Source of the DNA: Azolla caroliniana
Taxonomy: Eukaryota; Plantae; Polypodiophyta
DNA length: 33,472 nt
Assembly (NCBI GenBank): GCA_043228905.1
Contig: JBHGNT010000336.1
Coordinates: forward strand, 1-33,472
Direction: 5' to 3'
In this document: one piece after another, positions 9,797 through 23,400 of the stretch
Layout of the letters: each line of letters starts with the position of its first letter
Position numbering within the stretch: the first letter of the stretch is position 1
Program-made: the position numbers and the translations under genes
Notes under the pieces: generated by a model
Seen by the model: only the letters and a program-made list of their open reading frames with translations
The model's database searches: none
Told to the model about the DNA's origin: nothing

Positions 9797-12296
9797 AGTG
9801 TTGTTAGCTTCGATTCGCATGTTTGAACACAAAAATCCGATATCACATGACCCAGGTATGACCATTTTAATTTATCTACTAGCTCTTCCCAACTCACTCT
9901 TCATATTTGGTAATTTCGTCATGTCTCTCCACCTGAGTTTCAAAATCTTGATTTTTTAATTCCATATCATACCTAGCGTTGTTAGCTTCGATTCGCATGT
10001 TTGAACACAAAAATCCGATATCACACAACCCAGGTATGACCATTTTAATTTACCTACTAGCTCTTCCCAACTCACTCGTAAAATTTGGTAATTTCGTCAT
10101 GTCTCTCGACCTGAGTTTCAAAATCTTGATTTTTTAATTCCATATCATAGCTAGCGTTGTTAGCTTCGATTCGCATGTTTGAACACAAAAATCCGATATC
10201 ACACTCGTTAGGTATGAACATTTTAATTTTCCTACTAGTTCTTCCCAACTCACTCCTCAAATTTGGTAATTTCGTCATGTCTCTCGACCTGAGTTTCCAA
10301 ATCTTGATTTTTTAATTCCATATCATAGCTAGCGTTGTTAGCTTCGATTCGCATGTTTGAACACAAAATTCCGATATCACATGACCCAGGTATGAACATT
10401 TTAATTTATCTACTAGCTCTTCCCAACTCGCTCCTCAAATTTGGTTATTTCGTCATGTCTCTCGACCTGAGTTTCAAAATCTTGATTTTTTATTTCCATA
10501 TCATAGCTAGCGTTGTTAGCTTCGATTCGCATGTTTGAACACAAAAATCCGATATCACACGACCCAAGTATGAACATTTTAATTTATCTACTAGCTCTTC
10601 CCAACTCACTCCTCAAATTTGGTTATTTCGTCATGTCTCTCGACCTGAGTTTGAAAATCTTGATTTTTTAATTCCAGATCATAGCTAGTGTTGTTAGCTT
10701 CGATTCGCATGTTTGAACACAAAAATCCGATCTCACACGACCCAAGTATGAACATTTTAATTTATCTACTAGCTCTTCCCAACTCACTCCTCAAATTTGG
10801 TAATTTCGTCATGTCTCTCGACCTGAGTTTGAATATCTTGATTTTTTAATTCCATATCATACCTAGCGTTGTTTGTTAGCTTCACTTCGCATGTTTGAAC
10901 ACAAAAATCCGATATCACACGACCCAGGTATAACCATTTTAATTTACCTACTAGCTCTTCCCAACTCACTCCTCAAATTTGGTAATTTCGTCATGTCTCT
11001 CGACCTGAGTTTCAAAATCTTGATTTTTTAATTCCATATCATAGCTAGTGTTGTTAGCTTCGATTCGCATGTTTGAACACAAAAATCCGATATCACATGA
11101 CCCAGGTATGACCATTTTAATTTATCTACTAGCTCTTCCCAACTCACTCTTCATATTTGGTAATTTCGTCATGTCTCTCCACCTGAGTTTCAAAATCTTG
11201 ATTTTTTAATTCCATATCATACCTAGCGTTGTTAGCTTCGATTCGCATGTTTGAACACAAAAATCCGATATCACACAACCCAGGTATGACCATTTTAATT
11301 TACCTACTAGCTCTTCCCAACTCACTCGTAAAATTTGGTAATTTCGTCATGTCTCTCGACCTGAGTTTCAAAATCTTGATTTTTTAATTCCATATCATAG
11401 CTAGCGTTGTTAGCTTCGATTCGCATGTTTGAACACAAAAATCCGATATCACACTCGTTAGGTATGAACATTTTAATTTTCCTACTAGTTCTTCCCAACT
11501 CACTCCTCAAATTTGGTAATTTCGTCATGTCTCTCGACCTGAGTTTCCAAATCTTGATTTTTTAATTCCATATCATAGCTAGCGTTGTTAGCTTCGATTC
11601 GCATGTTTGAACACAAAATTCCGATATCACATGACCCAGGTATGAACATTTTAATTTATCTACTAGCTCTTCCCAACTCGCTCCTCAAATTTGGTTATTT
11701 CGTCATGTCTCTCGACCTGAGTTTCAAAATCTTGATTTTTTATTTCCATATCATAGCTAGCGTTGTTAGCTTCGATTCGCATGTTTGAACACAAAAATCC
11801 GATATCACACGACCCAAGTATGAACATTTTAATTTATCTACTAGCTCTTCCCAACTCACTCCTCAAATTTGGTTATTTCGTCATGTCTCTCGACCTGAGT
11901 TTGAAAATCTTGATTTTTTAATTCCAGATCATAGCTAGTGTTGTTAGCTTCGATTCGCATGTTTGAACACAAAAATCCGATCTCACACGACCCAAGTATG
12001 AACATTTTAATTTATCTACTAGCTCTTCCCAACTCACTCCTCAAATTTGGTAATTTCGTCATGTCTCTCGACCTGAGTTTGAATATCTTGATTTTTTAAT
12101 TCCATATCATAGCTAGCGTTGTTTGTTAGCTTCACTTCGCATGTTTGAACACAAAAATCCGATATCACACGACCCAGGTATAACCATTTTAATTTACCTA
12201 CTAGCTCTTCCCAACTCACTCCTCAAATTTGGTAATTTCGTCATGTCTCTCGACCTGAGTTTCAAAATCTTGATTTTTTAATTCCATATCATAGCT
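9797..12296. repeat. 7-monomer block (1,250 bp) in tandem x2 at the 38-mer junction; further copies at 4273, 16571 and 24234
   Basis: ORF offsets of 1,250 (10072/11322, 10335/11585, 10784/12034); 1250 = 7x178+4. Markers: TCGTTAGG, ACTAGTTC, AACTCGCT, TTTATTTCC, CCGATCTC, TTGAATAT and the +4 insertion. Confidence 0.9.
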
Positions 12297-14436
12297 AGCG
12301 TTGTTAGCTTCGATTCGCATGTTTGAACACAAAAATCCGATATCACATGACCCAGGTATGACCATTTTAATTTATCTACTAGCTCTTCCCAACTCACTCT
12401 TCATATTTGGTAATTTCGTCATGTCTCTCCACCTGAGTTTCAAAATCTTGATTTTGTAATTCCATATCATACCTAGCGTTGTTAGCTTCGATTCGCATGT
12501 TTGAACACAAAAATCCGATATCACACAACCCAGGTATGAACATTTTAATTTATCTACTACCTCTTCCCAACTCACTCCTCAAATTTGGTAATTTCGTCAT
12601 TTCTCTCGACCTGAGTTTCAAAATCTTGATTTTTTAATTCCATATCATAGCTAGCGTTGTTAGCTTCGATTCGCATGTTTGAACACAAAAATCCGATATC
12701 ACACAACCCAGGTATGAACATTTTAATTTATCTACTACCTCTTCCCACCCTCACTCCTCAAATTTGGTAATTTCGTCATTTCTCTCGACCTGAGTTTCAA
12801 AATCTTGATTTTTTAATTCCATAGCATAGCTAGTGTTCTTAGCTTCGATTCCCATGTTTGAACACAAAAATCTGATATCACACTCGCCAGGTATGAACAT
12901 TTTAATTTATCTACTAGCTCTTCCCAACTCACTCCTCAAATTTGGTTATTTCGTCATGTCTCTCGACCTGAGTTTGAAAATCTTGATTTTTTAATTCCAG
13001 ATCATAGCTAGTGTTGTTAGCTTCGATTCGCATGTTTGAACACAAAAATCCGATATCACACGACCCAGGTATGACCATTTTAATTTACCTACTAGCTCTT
13101 CCCAACTCACTCGTAAAATTTGGTAATTTCGTCATGTCTCTCGACCTGAGTTTCAAAATCTTGATTTTTTAATTCCAGATCATAGCTAGTGTTGTTAGCT
13201 TCGATTCGCATGTTTGAACACAAAAATCCGATATCACACGACCCAAGTATGAACATTTTAATTTATCTACTAGCTCTTCCCAACTCACTCCTCAAATTTG
13301 GTAATTTGGTCATGTCTGTCGACCTGAGTTTCAAAATCTTGATTTTTTAATTCCATATCATAGCTAGCGTTGTTAGCTTCGATTCGCATCTTTGAACACA
13401 AAAATCCGATATCACACGACCCAGGTATGAACATTTTTATTTACCTACTAGCTCTTCTAAACTCACTCCTCAAATTTGGTAATTTCGTCATGACTCTCGA
13501 CCTGAGTTTCAAAATCTTGATTTTTTAATTCCATATCATAGCTAGTGTTGTTAGCTTCGATTCGCATGTTTGAACACAAAAATCCGATATCACACTCGTT
13601 AAGTATGAACATTTTAATTTACCTACTAGCTCTTCCCAACTCACTCCTCAAATTTGGTAATTTCGTCATTTCTCTCGACCTGAGTTTCAAAATCTTGATT
13701 TTTTAATTCCATATCATAGCTAGCGTTGTTAGATTCGATTCGCATGTTTGAACACAAAAATCCGATATCACACGACCCAGGTATGAACATTTTAATTTAT
13801 CTACTAGCTCTTCCCAACTCACTCCTCAAATTTGGTAATTTCGTGATTTCTCTCGACCTGAGTTTCCAAATCTTCATTTTTTAAATCCATATCATACCTA
13901 GCGTTGTTAGCTTCACTTCGCATGTTTGAACACAAAACTCCGATATCACACAACCCAGGTATGACCATTTTAATTTACCTACTAGCTCTTCCCAACTCAC
14001 TCCTCAAATTTGGTTATTTCGTCATGTCTCTCGACCTGAGTTTGAAAATCTTGATTTTTTAATTCCATATCATAGCTAGTGTTGTTAGCTTCGATTCGCA
14101 TGTTTGAACACAAAAATCCGATATCACACTCGTTAAGTATGAACATTTTAATTTACCTACTAGCTCTTCCCAACTCACTCGTAAAATTTGGTAATTTCGT
14201 CATGTCTCTCGACCTGAGTTTCAAAATCTTGATTTTTTAATTCCATATCATAGCTAGCGTTGTTAGCTTCGAATCGAATGTTTGAACACAAAAATCCGAT
14301 ATCACACGACCCAGGTATGAACATTTTAATTTACCTACTAGCTCTTCTAAACTCACTCCTCAAATTTGGTAATTTCGTCATGACTCTCGACCTGAGTTTC
14401 AAAATCTTCATTTTTTAATTCCATATCATAGCTAGT

Positions 14437-17400
14437 GTTGTTAGCTTCGATTCGCATGTTTGAACACAAAAATCCGATATCACACGACCCAGGTATGAAC
14501 ATTTTAATTTATCTACTAGCTCTTCCCAACTCACTCCTCAAATTTGGTAATTTCGTGATTTCTCTCGACCTGAGTTTCCAAATCTTCATTTTTTAAATCC
14601 ATATCATACCTAGCGTTGTTAGCTTCACTTCGCATGTTTGAACACAAAAATCCGATATCACACAACCCAGGTATGACCATTTTAATTTACCTACTAGCTC
14701 TTCCCAACTCACTCCTCAAATTTGGTTATTTCGTCATGTCTCTCGACCTGAGTTTGAAAATCTTGATTTTTTAATTCCAGATCATAGCTAGTGTTGTTAG
14801 CTTCGATTCGCATGTTTGAACACAAAAATCCGATATCACACGACCCAGGTATGACCATTTTAATTTACCTACTAGCTCTTCCCAACTCACTCGTAAAATT
14901 TGGTAATTTCGTCATGTCTCTCGACCTGAGTTTCAAAATCTTGATTTTTTAATTCCATATCATAGCTAGCGTTGTTAGCTTCGATTCGCATGTTTGAACA
15001 CAAAATTCCGATATCACACAACCCAGCTATGACCATTTTAATTTACCTACTAGCTCTTCTAAACTCACTCCTCAAATTTGGTAATTTCGTCATGACTCTC
15101 GACCTGAGTTTCAAAATCTTCATTTTTTAATTCCATATCATAGCTAGTGTTGTTAGCTTCGATTCGCATGTTTGAACACAAAAATCCGATATCACATGAC
15201 CCAGGTATGACCATTTTAATTTATCTACTAGCTCTTCCCAACTCACTCTTCATATTTGGTAATTTCGTCATGTCTCTCCACCTGAGTTTCAAAATCTTGA
15301 TTTTTTAATTCCATATCATACCTAGCGTTGTTAGCTTCGATTCGCATGTTTGAACACAAAAATCCGATATCACACAACCTAGGTATGACCATTATAATTT
15401 ACCTACTAGCTCTTCCCAACTCACTCGTAAAATTTGGTAATTTCGTCATTTCTCTCGACCTGAGTTTCAAAATCTTGATTTTTTAATTCCATATCATAGC
15501 TAGCGTTGTTAGCTTCGATTCGCATGTTTGAACACAAAAATCCGATATCACACAACCCAGGTATGAACATTTTAATTTATCTACTACCTCTTCCCACCCT
15601 CACTCCTCAAATTTGGTAATTTCGTCATTTCTCTCGACCTGAGTTTCAAAATCTTGATTTTTTAATTCCATAGCATAGCTAGTGTTCTTAGCTTCGATTC
15701 CCATGTTTGAACACAAAAATCTGATATCACACTCGCCAGGTATGAACATTTTAATTTATCTACTAGCTCTTCCCAACTCACTCCTCAAATTTGGTTATTT
15801 CGTCATGTCTCTCGACCTGAGTTTGAAAATCTTGATTTTTTAATTCCAGATCATAGCTAGTGTTGTTAGCTTCGATTCGCATGTTTGAACACAAAAATCC
15901 GATATCACACGACCCAGGTATGACCATTTTAATTTACCTACTAGCTCTTCCCAACTCACTCGTAAAATTTGGTAATTTCGTCATGTCTCTCGACCTGAGT
16001 TTCAAAATCTTGATTTTTTAATTCCAGATCATAGCTAGTGTTGTTAGCTTCGATTCGCATGTTTGAACACAAAAATCCGATATCACACGACCCAAGTATG
16101 AACATTTTAATTTATCTACTAGCTCTTCCCAACTCACTCCTCAAATTTGGTAATTTGGTCATGTCTGTCGACCTGAGTTTCAAAATCTTGATTTTTTAAT
16201 TCCATATCATAGCTAGCGTTGTTAGCTTCGATTCGCATCTTTGAACACAAAAATCCGATATCACACGACCCAGGTATGAACATTTTTATTTACCTACTAG
16301 CTCTTCTAAACTCACTCCTCAAATTTGGTAATTTCGTCATGTCTCTCGACCTGAGTTTCAAAATCTTGATTTTTTAATTCCATATCATAGCTAGCGTTGT
16401 TAGCTTCGAATCGCATGTTTGAACACAAAAATCCGATATCACACGACCCAGGTATGAACATTTTAATTTTCCTACTAGCTCTTCCCAACTCACTCCTCAA
16501 ATTTGGTAATTTCGTCATGACTCTCGACCTGAGTTTCAAAATCTTCATTTTTTAATTCCATATCATAGCTAGTGTTGTTAGCTTCGATTCGCATGTTTGA
16601 ACACAAAAATCCGATATCACATGACCCAGGTATGACCATTTTAATTTATCTACTAGCTCTTCCCAACTCACTCTTCATATTTGGTAATTTCGTCATGTCT
16701 CTCCACCTGAGTTTCAAAATCTTGATTTTTTAATTCCATATCATACCTAGCGTTGTTAGCTTCGATTCGCATGTTTGAACACAAAAATCCGATATCACAC
16801 AACCCAGGTATGACCATTTTAATTTACCTACTAGCTCTTCCCAACTCACTCGTAAAATTTGGTAATTTCGTCATGTCTCTCGACCTGAGTTTCAAAATCT
16901 TGATTTTTTAATTCCATATCATAGCTAGCGTTGTTAGCTTCGATTCGCATGTTTGAACACAAAAATCCGATATCACACTCGTTAGGTATGAACATTTTAA
17001 TTTTCCTACTAGTTCTTCCCAACTCACTCCTCAAATTTGGTAATTTCGTCATGTCTCTCGACCTGAGTTTCCAAATCTTGATTTTTTAATTCCATATCAT
17101 AGCTAGCGTTGTTAGCTTCGATTCGCATGTTTGAACACAAAATTCCGATATCACATGACCCAGGTATGAACATTTTAATTTATCTACTAGCTCTTCCCAA
17201 CTCGCTCCTCAAATTTGGTTATTTCGTCATGTCTCTCGACCTGAGTTTCAAAATCTTGATTTTTTATTTCCATATCATAGCTAGCGTTGTTAGCTTCGAT
17301 TCGCATGTTTGAACACAAAAATCCGATATCACACGACCCAAGTATGAACATTTTAATTTATCTACTAGCTCTTCCCAACTCACTCCTCAAATTTGGTTAT

Positions 17401-20400
17401 TTCGTCATGTCTCTCGACCTGAGTTTGAAAATCTTGATTTTTTAATTCCAGATCATAGCTAGTGTTGTTAGCTTCGATTCGCATGTTTGAACACAAAAAT
17501 CCGATCTCACACGACCCAAGTATGAACATTTTAATTTATCTACTAGCTCTTCCCAACTCACTCCTCAAATTTGGTAATTTCGTCATGTCTCTCGACCTGA
17601 GTTTGAATATCTTGATTTTTTAATTCCATATCATACCTAGCGTTGTTTGTTAGCTTCACTTCGCATGTTTGAACACAAAAATCCGATATCACACGACCCA
17701 GGTATAACCATTTTAATTTACCTACTAGCTCTTCCCAACTCACTCCTCAAATTTGGTAATTTCGTCATGTCTCTCGACCTGAGTTTCAAAATCTTGATTT
17801 TTTAATTCCATATCATAGCTAGTGTTGTTAGCTTCGATTCGCATGTTTGAACACAAAAATCCGATATCACACTCGTTAAGTATGAACATTTTAATTTACC
17901 TACTAGCTCTTCCCAACTCACTCCTCAAATTTGGTAATTTCGTCATTTCTCTCGACCTGAGTTTCAAAATCTTGATTTTTTAATTCCATATCATAGCTAG
18001 CGTTGTTAGCTTCGATTCGCATGTTTGAACACAAAAATCCGATATCACACGACCCAGGTATGAACATTTTAATTTATCTACTAGCTCTTCCCAACTCACT
18101 CCTCAAATTTGGTAATTTCGTGATTTCTCTCGACCTGAGTTTCCAAATCTTCATTTTTTAAATCCATATCATACCTAGCGTTGTTAGCTTCACTTCGCAT
18201 GTTTGAACACAAAACTCCGATATCACACAACCCAGGTATGACCATTTTAATTTACCTACTAGCTCTTCCCAACTCACTCCTCAAATTTGGTTATTTCGTC
18301 ATGTCTCTCGACCTGAGTTTGAAAATCTTGATTTTTTAATTCCATATCATAGCTAGTGTTGTTAGCTTCGATTCGCATGTTTGAACACAAAAATCCGATA
18401 TCACACTCGTTAAGTATGAACATTTTAATTTACCTACTAGCTCTTCCCAACTCACTCGTAAAATTTGGTAATTTCGTCATGTCTCTCGACCTGAGTTTCA
18501 AAATCTTGATTTTTTAATTCCATATCATAGCTAGCGTTGTTAGCTTCGAATCGAATGTTTGAACACAAAAATCCGATATCACACGACCCAGGTATGAACA
18601 TTTTAATTTACCTACTAGCTCTTCTAAACTCACTCCTCAAATTTGGTAATTTCGTCATGACTCTCGACCTGAGTTTCAAAATCTTCATTTTTTAATTCCA
18701 TATCATAGCTAGTGTTGTTAGCTTCGATTCGCATGTTTGAACACAAAAATCCGATATCACACGACCCAGGTATGAACATTTTAATTTATCTACTAGCTCT
18801 TCCCAACTCACTCCTCAAATTTGGTAATTTCGTGATTTCTCTCGACCTGAGTTTCCAAATCTTCATTTTTTAAATCCATATCATACCTAGCGTTGTTAGC
18901 TTCACTTCGCATGTTTGAACACAAAAATCCGATATCACACAACCCAGGTATGACCATTTTAATTTACCTACTAGCTCTTCCCAACTCACTCCTCAAATTT
19001 GGTTATTTCGTCATGTCTCTCGACCTGAGTTTGAAAATCTTGATTTTTTAATTCCAGATCATAGCTAGTGTTGTTAGCTTCGATTCGCATGTTTGAACAC
19101 AAAAATCCGATATCACACGACCCAGGTATGACCATTTTAATTTACCTACTAGCTCTTCCCAACTCACTCGTAAAATTTGGTAATTTCGTCATGTCTCTCG
19201 ACCTGAGTTTCAAAATCTTGATTTTTTAATTCCATATCATAGCTAGCGTTGTTAGCTTCGATTCGCATGTTTGAACACAAAATTCCGATATCACACAACC
19301 CAGCTATGACCATTTTAATTTACCTACTAGCTCTTCTAAACTCACTCCTCAAATTTGGTAATTTCGTCATGACTCTCGACCTGAGTTTCAAAATCTTCAT
19401 TTTTTAATTCCATATCATAGCTAGTGTTGTTAGCTTCGATTCGCATGTTTGAACACAAAAATCCGATATCACATGACCCAGGTATGACCATTTTAATTTA
19501 TCTACTAGCTCTTCCCAACTCACTCTTCATATTTGGTAATTTCGTCATGTCTCTCCACCTGAGTTTCAAAATCTTGATTTTTTAATTCCATATCATACCT
19601 AGCGTTGTTAGCTTCGATTCGAATGTTTGAACACAAAAATCCGATATCACACGACCCAGGTATGAACATTTTAATTTATCTACTAGCTCTTCCCAACTCA
19701 CTCCTCAAATTTGGTAATTTCGTCATGTCTCTCGACCTGAGTTTGAATATCTTGATTTTTTAATTCCATATCATACCTAGCGTTGTTTGTTAGCTTCACT
19801 TCGCATGTTTGAACACAAAAATCCGATATCACACGACCCAGGTATAACCATTTTAATTTACCTACTAGCTCTTCCCAACTCACTCCTCAAATTTGGTAAT
19901 TTCGTCATGTCTCTCGACCTGAGTTTCAAAATCTTGATTTTTTAATTCCATATCATAGCTAGTGTTGTTAGCTTCGATTCGCATGTTTGAACACAAAAAT
20001 CCGATATCACACTCGTTAAGTATGAACATTTTAATTTACCTACTAGCTCTTCCCAACTCACTCCTCAAATTTGGTAATTTCGTCATTTCTCTCGACCTGA
20101 GTTTCAAAATCTTGATTTTTTAATTCCATATCATAGCTAGCGTTGTTAGCTTCGATTCGCATGTTTGAACACAAAAATCCGATATCACACGACCCAGGTA
20201 TGAACATTTTAATTTATCTACTAGCTCTTCCCAACTCACTCCTCAAATTTGGTAATTTCGTGATTTCTCTCGACCTGAGTTTCCAAATCTTCATTTTTTA
20301 AATCCATATCATACCTAGCGTTGTTAGCTTCACTTCGCATGTTTGAACACAAAACTCCGATATCACACAACCCAGGTATGACCATTTTAATTTACCTACT

Positions 20401-23400
20401 AGCTCTTCCCAACTCACTCCTCAAATTTGGTTATTTCGTCATGTCTCTCGACCTGAGTTTGAAAATCTTGATTTTTTAATTCCATATCATAGCTAGTGTT
20501 GTTAGCTTCGATTCGCATGTTTGAACACAAAAATCCGATATCACACTCGTTAAGTATGAACATTTTAATTTACCTACTAGCTCTTCCCAACTCACTCGTA
20601 AAATTTGGTAATTTCGTCATGTCTCTCGACCTGAGTTTCAAAATCTTGATTTTTTAATTCCATATCATAGCTAGCGTTGTTAGCTTCGAATCGAATGTTT
20701 GAACACAAAAATCCGATATCACACGACCCAGGTATGAACATTTTAATTTACCTACTAGCTCTTCTAAACTCACTCCTCAAATTTGGTAATTTCGTCATGA
20801 CTCTCGACCTGAGTTTCAAAATCTTCATTTTTTAATTCCATATCATAGCTAGTGTTGTTAGCTTCGATTCGCATGTTTGAACACAAAAATCCGATATCAC
20901 ATGACCCAGGTATGACCATTTTAATTTATCTACTAGCTCTTCCCAACTCACTCTTCATATTTGGTAATTTCGTCATGTCTCTCCACCTGAGTTTCAAAAT
21001 CTTGATTTTTTAATTCCATATCATACCTAGCGTTGTTAGCTTCGATTCGCATGTTTGAACACAAAAATCCGATATCACACAACCTAGGTATGACCATTAT
21101 AATTTACCTACTAGCTCTTCCCAACTCACTCGTAAAATTTGGTAATTTCGTCATGTCTCTCGACCTGAGTTTCAAAATCTTGATTTTTTAATTCCATATC
21201 ATAGCTAGTGTTGTTAGCTTCGATTCGCATGTTTGAACACAAAATTCCGATATCACATGACCCAGGTATGAACATTTTAATTTATCTACTAGCTCTTCCC
21301 AACTCACTCCTCAAATTTGGTTATTTCGTCATGTCTCTCGACCTGAGTTTGAAAATCTTGATTTTTTAATTCCAGATCATAGCTAGTGTTGTTAGCTTCG
21401 ATTCGCATGTTTGAACACAAAAATCCGATATCACACGACCCAGGTATGACCATTTTAATTTACCTACTAGCTCTTCCCAACTCACTCGTAAAATTTGGTA
21501 ATTTCGTCATGTCTCTCGACCTGAGTTTCAAAATCTTGATTTTTTAATTCCAGATCATAGCTAGTGTTGTTAGCTTCGATTCGCATGTTTGAACACAAAA
21601 ATCCGATATCACACGACCCAAGTATGAACATTTTAATTTATCTACTAGCTCTTCCCAACTCACTCCTCAAATTTGGTAATTTGGTCATGTCTGTCGACCT
21701 GAATTTCAAAATCTTGATTTTTTAATTCCATATCATAGCTAGCGTTGTTAGCTTCGATTCGCATCTTTGAACACAAAAATCCGATATCACACGACCCAGG
21801 TATGAACATTTTTATTTACCTACTAGCTCTTCTAAACTCACTCCTCAAATTTGGTAATTTCGTCATGACTCTCGACCTGAGTTTCAAAATCTTGATTTTT
21901 TAATTCCATATCATAGCTAGTGTTGTTAGCTTCGATTCGCATGTTTGAACACAAAAATCCGATATCACACTCGTTAAGTATGAACATTTTAATTTACCTA
22001 CTAGCTCTTCTAAACTCACTCCTCAAATTTGGTAATTTCGTCATTTCTCTCGACCTGAGTTTCAAAATCTTGATTTTTTAATTCCATATCATAGCTAGCG
22101 TTGTTAGCTTCGATTCGCATGTTTGAACACAAAAATCCGATATCACACGACCCAGGTATGAACATTTTAATTTATCTACTAGCTCTTCCCAACTCACTCC
22201 TCAAATTTGGTAATTTCGTGATTTCTCTCGACCTGAGTTTCCAAATCTTCATTTTTTAAATCCATATCATACCTAGCGTTGTTAGCTTCACTTCGCATGT
22301 TTGAACACAAAAATCCGATATCACACAACCCAGGTATGACCATTTTAATTTACCTACTAGCTCTTCCCAACTCACTCCTCAAATTTGGTTATTTCGTCAT
22401 GTCTCTCGACCTGAGTTTGAAAATCTTGATTTTTTAATTCCAGATCATAGCTAGTGTTGTTAGCTTCGATTCGCATGTTTGAACACAAAAATCCGATATC
22501 ACACGACCCAGGTATGACCATTTTAATTTACCTACTAGCTCTTCCCAACTCACTCGTAAAATTTGGTAATTTCGTCATGTCTCTCGACCTGAGTTTCAAA
22601 ATCTTGATTTTTTAATTCCATATCATAGCTAGCGTTGTTAGCTTCGATTCGCATGTTTGAACACAAAATTCCGATATCACACAACCCAGCTATGACCATT
22701 TTAATTTACCTACTAGCTCTTCTAAACTCACTCCTCAAATTTGGTAATTTCGTCATGACTCTCGACCTGAGTTTCAAAATCTTCATTTTTTAATTCCATA
22801 TCATAGCTAGTGTTGTTAGCTTCGATTCGCATGTTTGAACACAAAAATCCGATATCACATGACCCAGGTATGACCATTTTAATTTATCTACTAGCTCTTC
22901 CCAACTCACTCTTCATATTTGGTAATTTCGTCATGTCTCTCCACCTGAGTTTCAAAATCTTGATTTTTTAATTCCATATCATACCTAGCGTTGTTAGCTT
23001 CGATTCGCATGTTTGAACACAAAAATCCGATATCACACAACCTAGGTATGACCATTATAATTTACCTACTAGCTCTTCCCAACTCACTCGTAAAATTTGG
23101 TAATTTCGTCATTTCTCTCGACCTGAGTTTCAAAATCTTGATTTTTTAATTCCATATCATAGCTAGCGTTGTTAGCTTCGATTCGCATGTTTGAACACAA
23201 AAATCCGATATCACACAACCCAGGTATGAACATTTTAATTTATCTACTACCTCTTCCCACCCTCACTCCTCAAATTTGGTAATTTCGTCATTTCTCTCGA
23301 CCTGAGTTTCAAAATCTTGATTTTTTAATTCCATAGCATAGCTAGTGTTCTTAGCTTCGATTCCCATGTTTGAACACAAAAATCTGATATCACACTCGCC

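Larger units (their letters stand above)
4250..17870. repeat. Tandem duplication of a 38-monomer block, period 6,774 bp
   Basis: Eight ORF pairs are offset by exactly 6,774 (4548/11322, 4811/11585, 5260/12034, 5598/12372, 9538/16312, 10072/16846, 10335/17109, 10784/17558). 6774 = 38x178+10. Private variants are shared at this offset (5682/12456 T>G; 6959/13733 C>A). Confidence 0.92.

Noticed and set aside
4273-11046. LTR retrotransposon (about 6.8-kb unit with 1.25-kb direct terminal repeats)
   Set aside because: Both the 'terminal repeats' and the interior are plain satellite monomers. There is no PBS, PPT, target-site duplication or gag-pol coding sequence.
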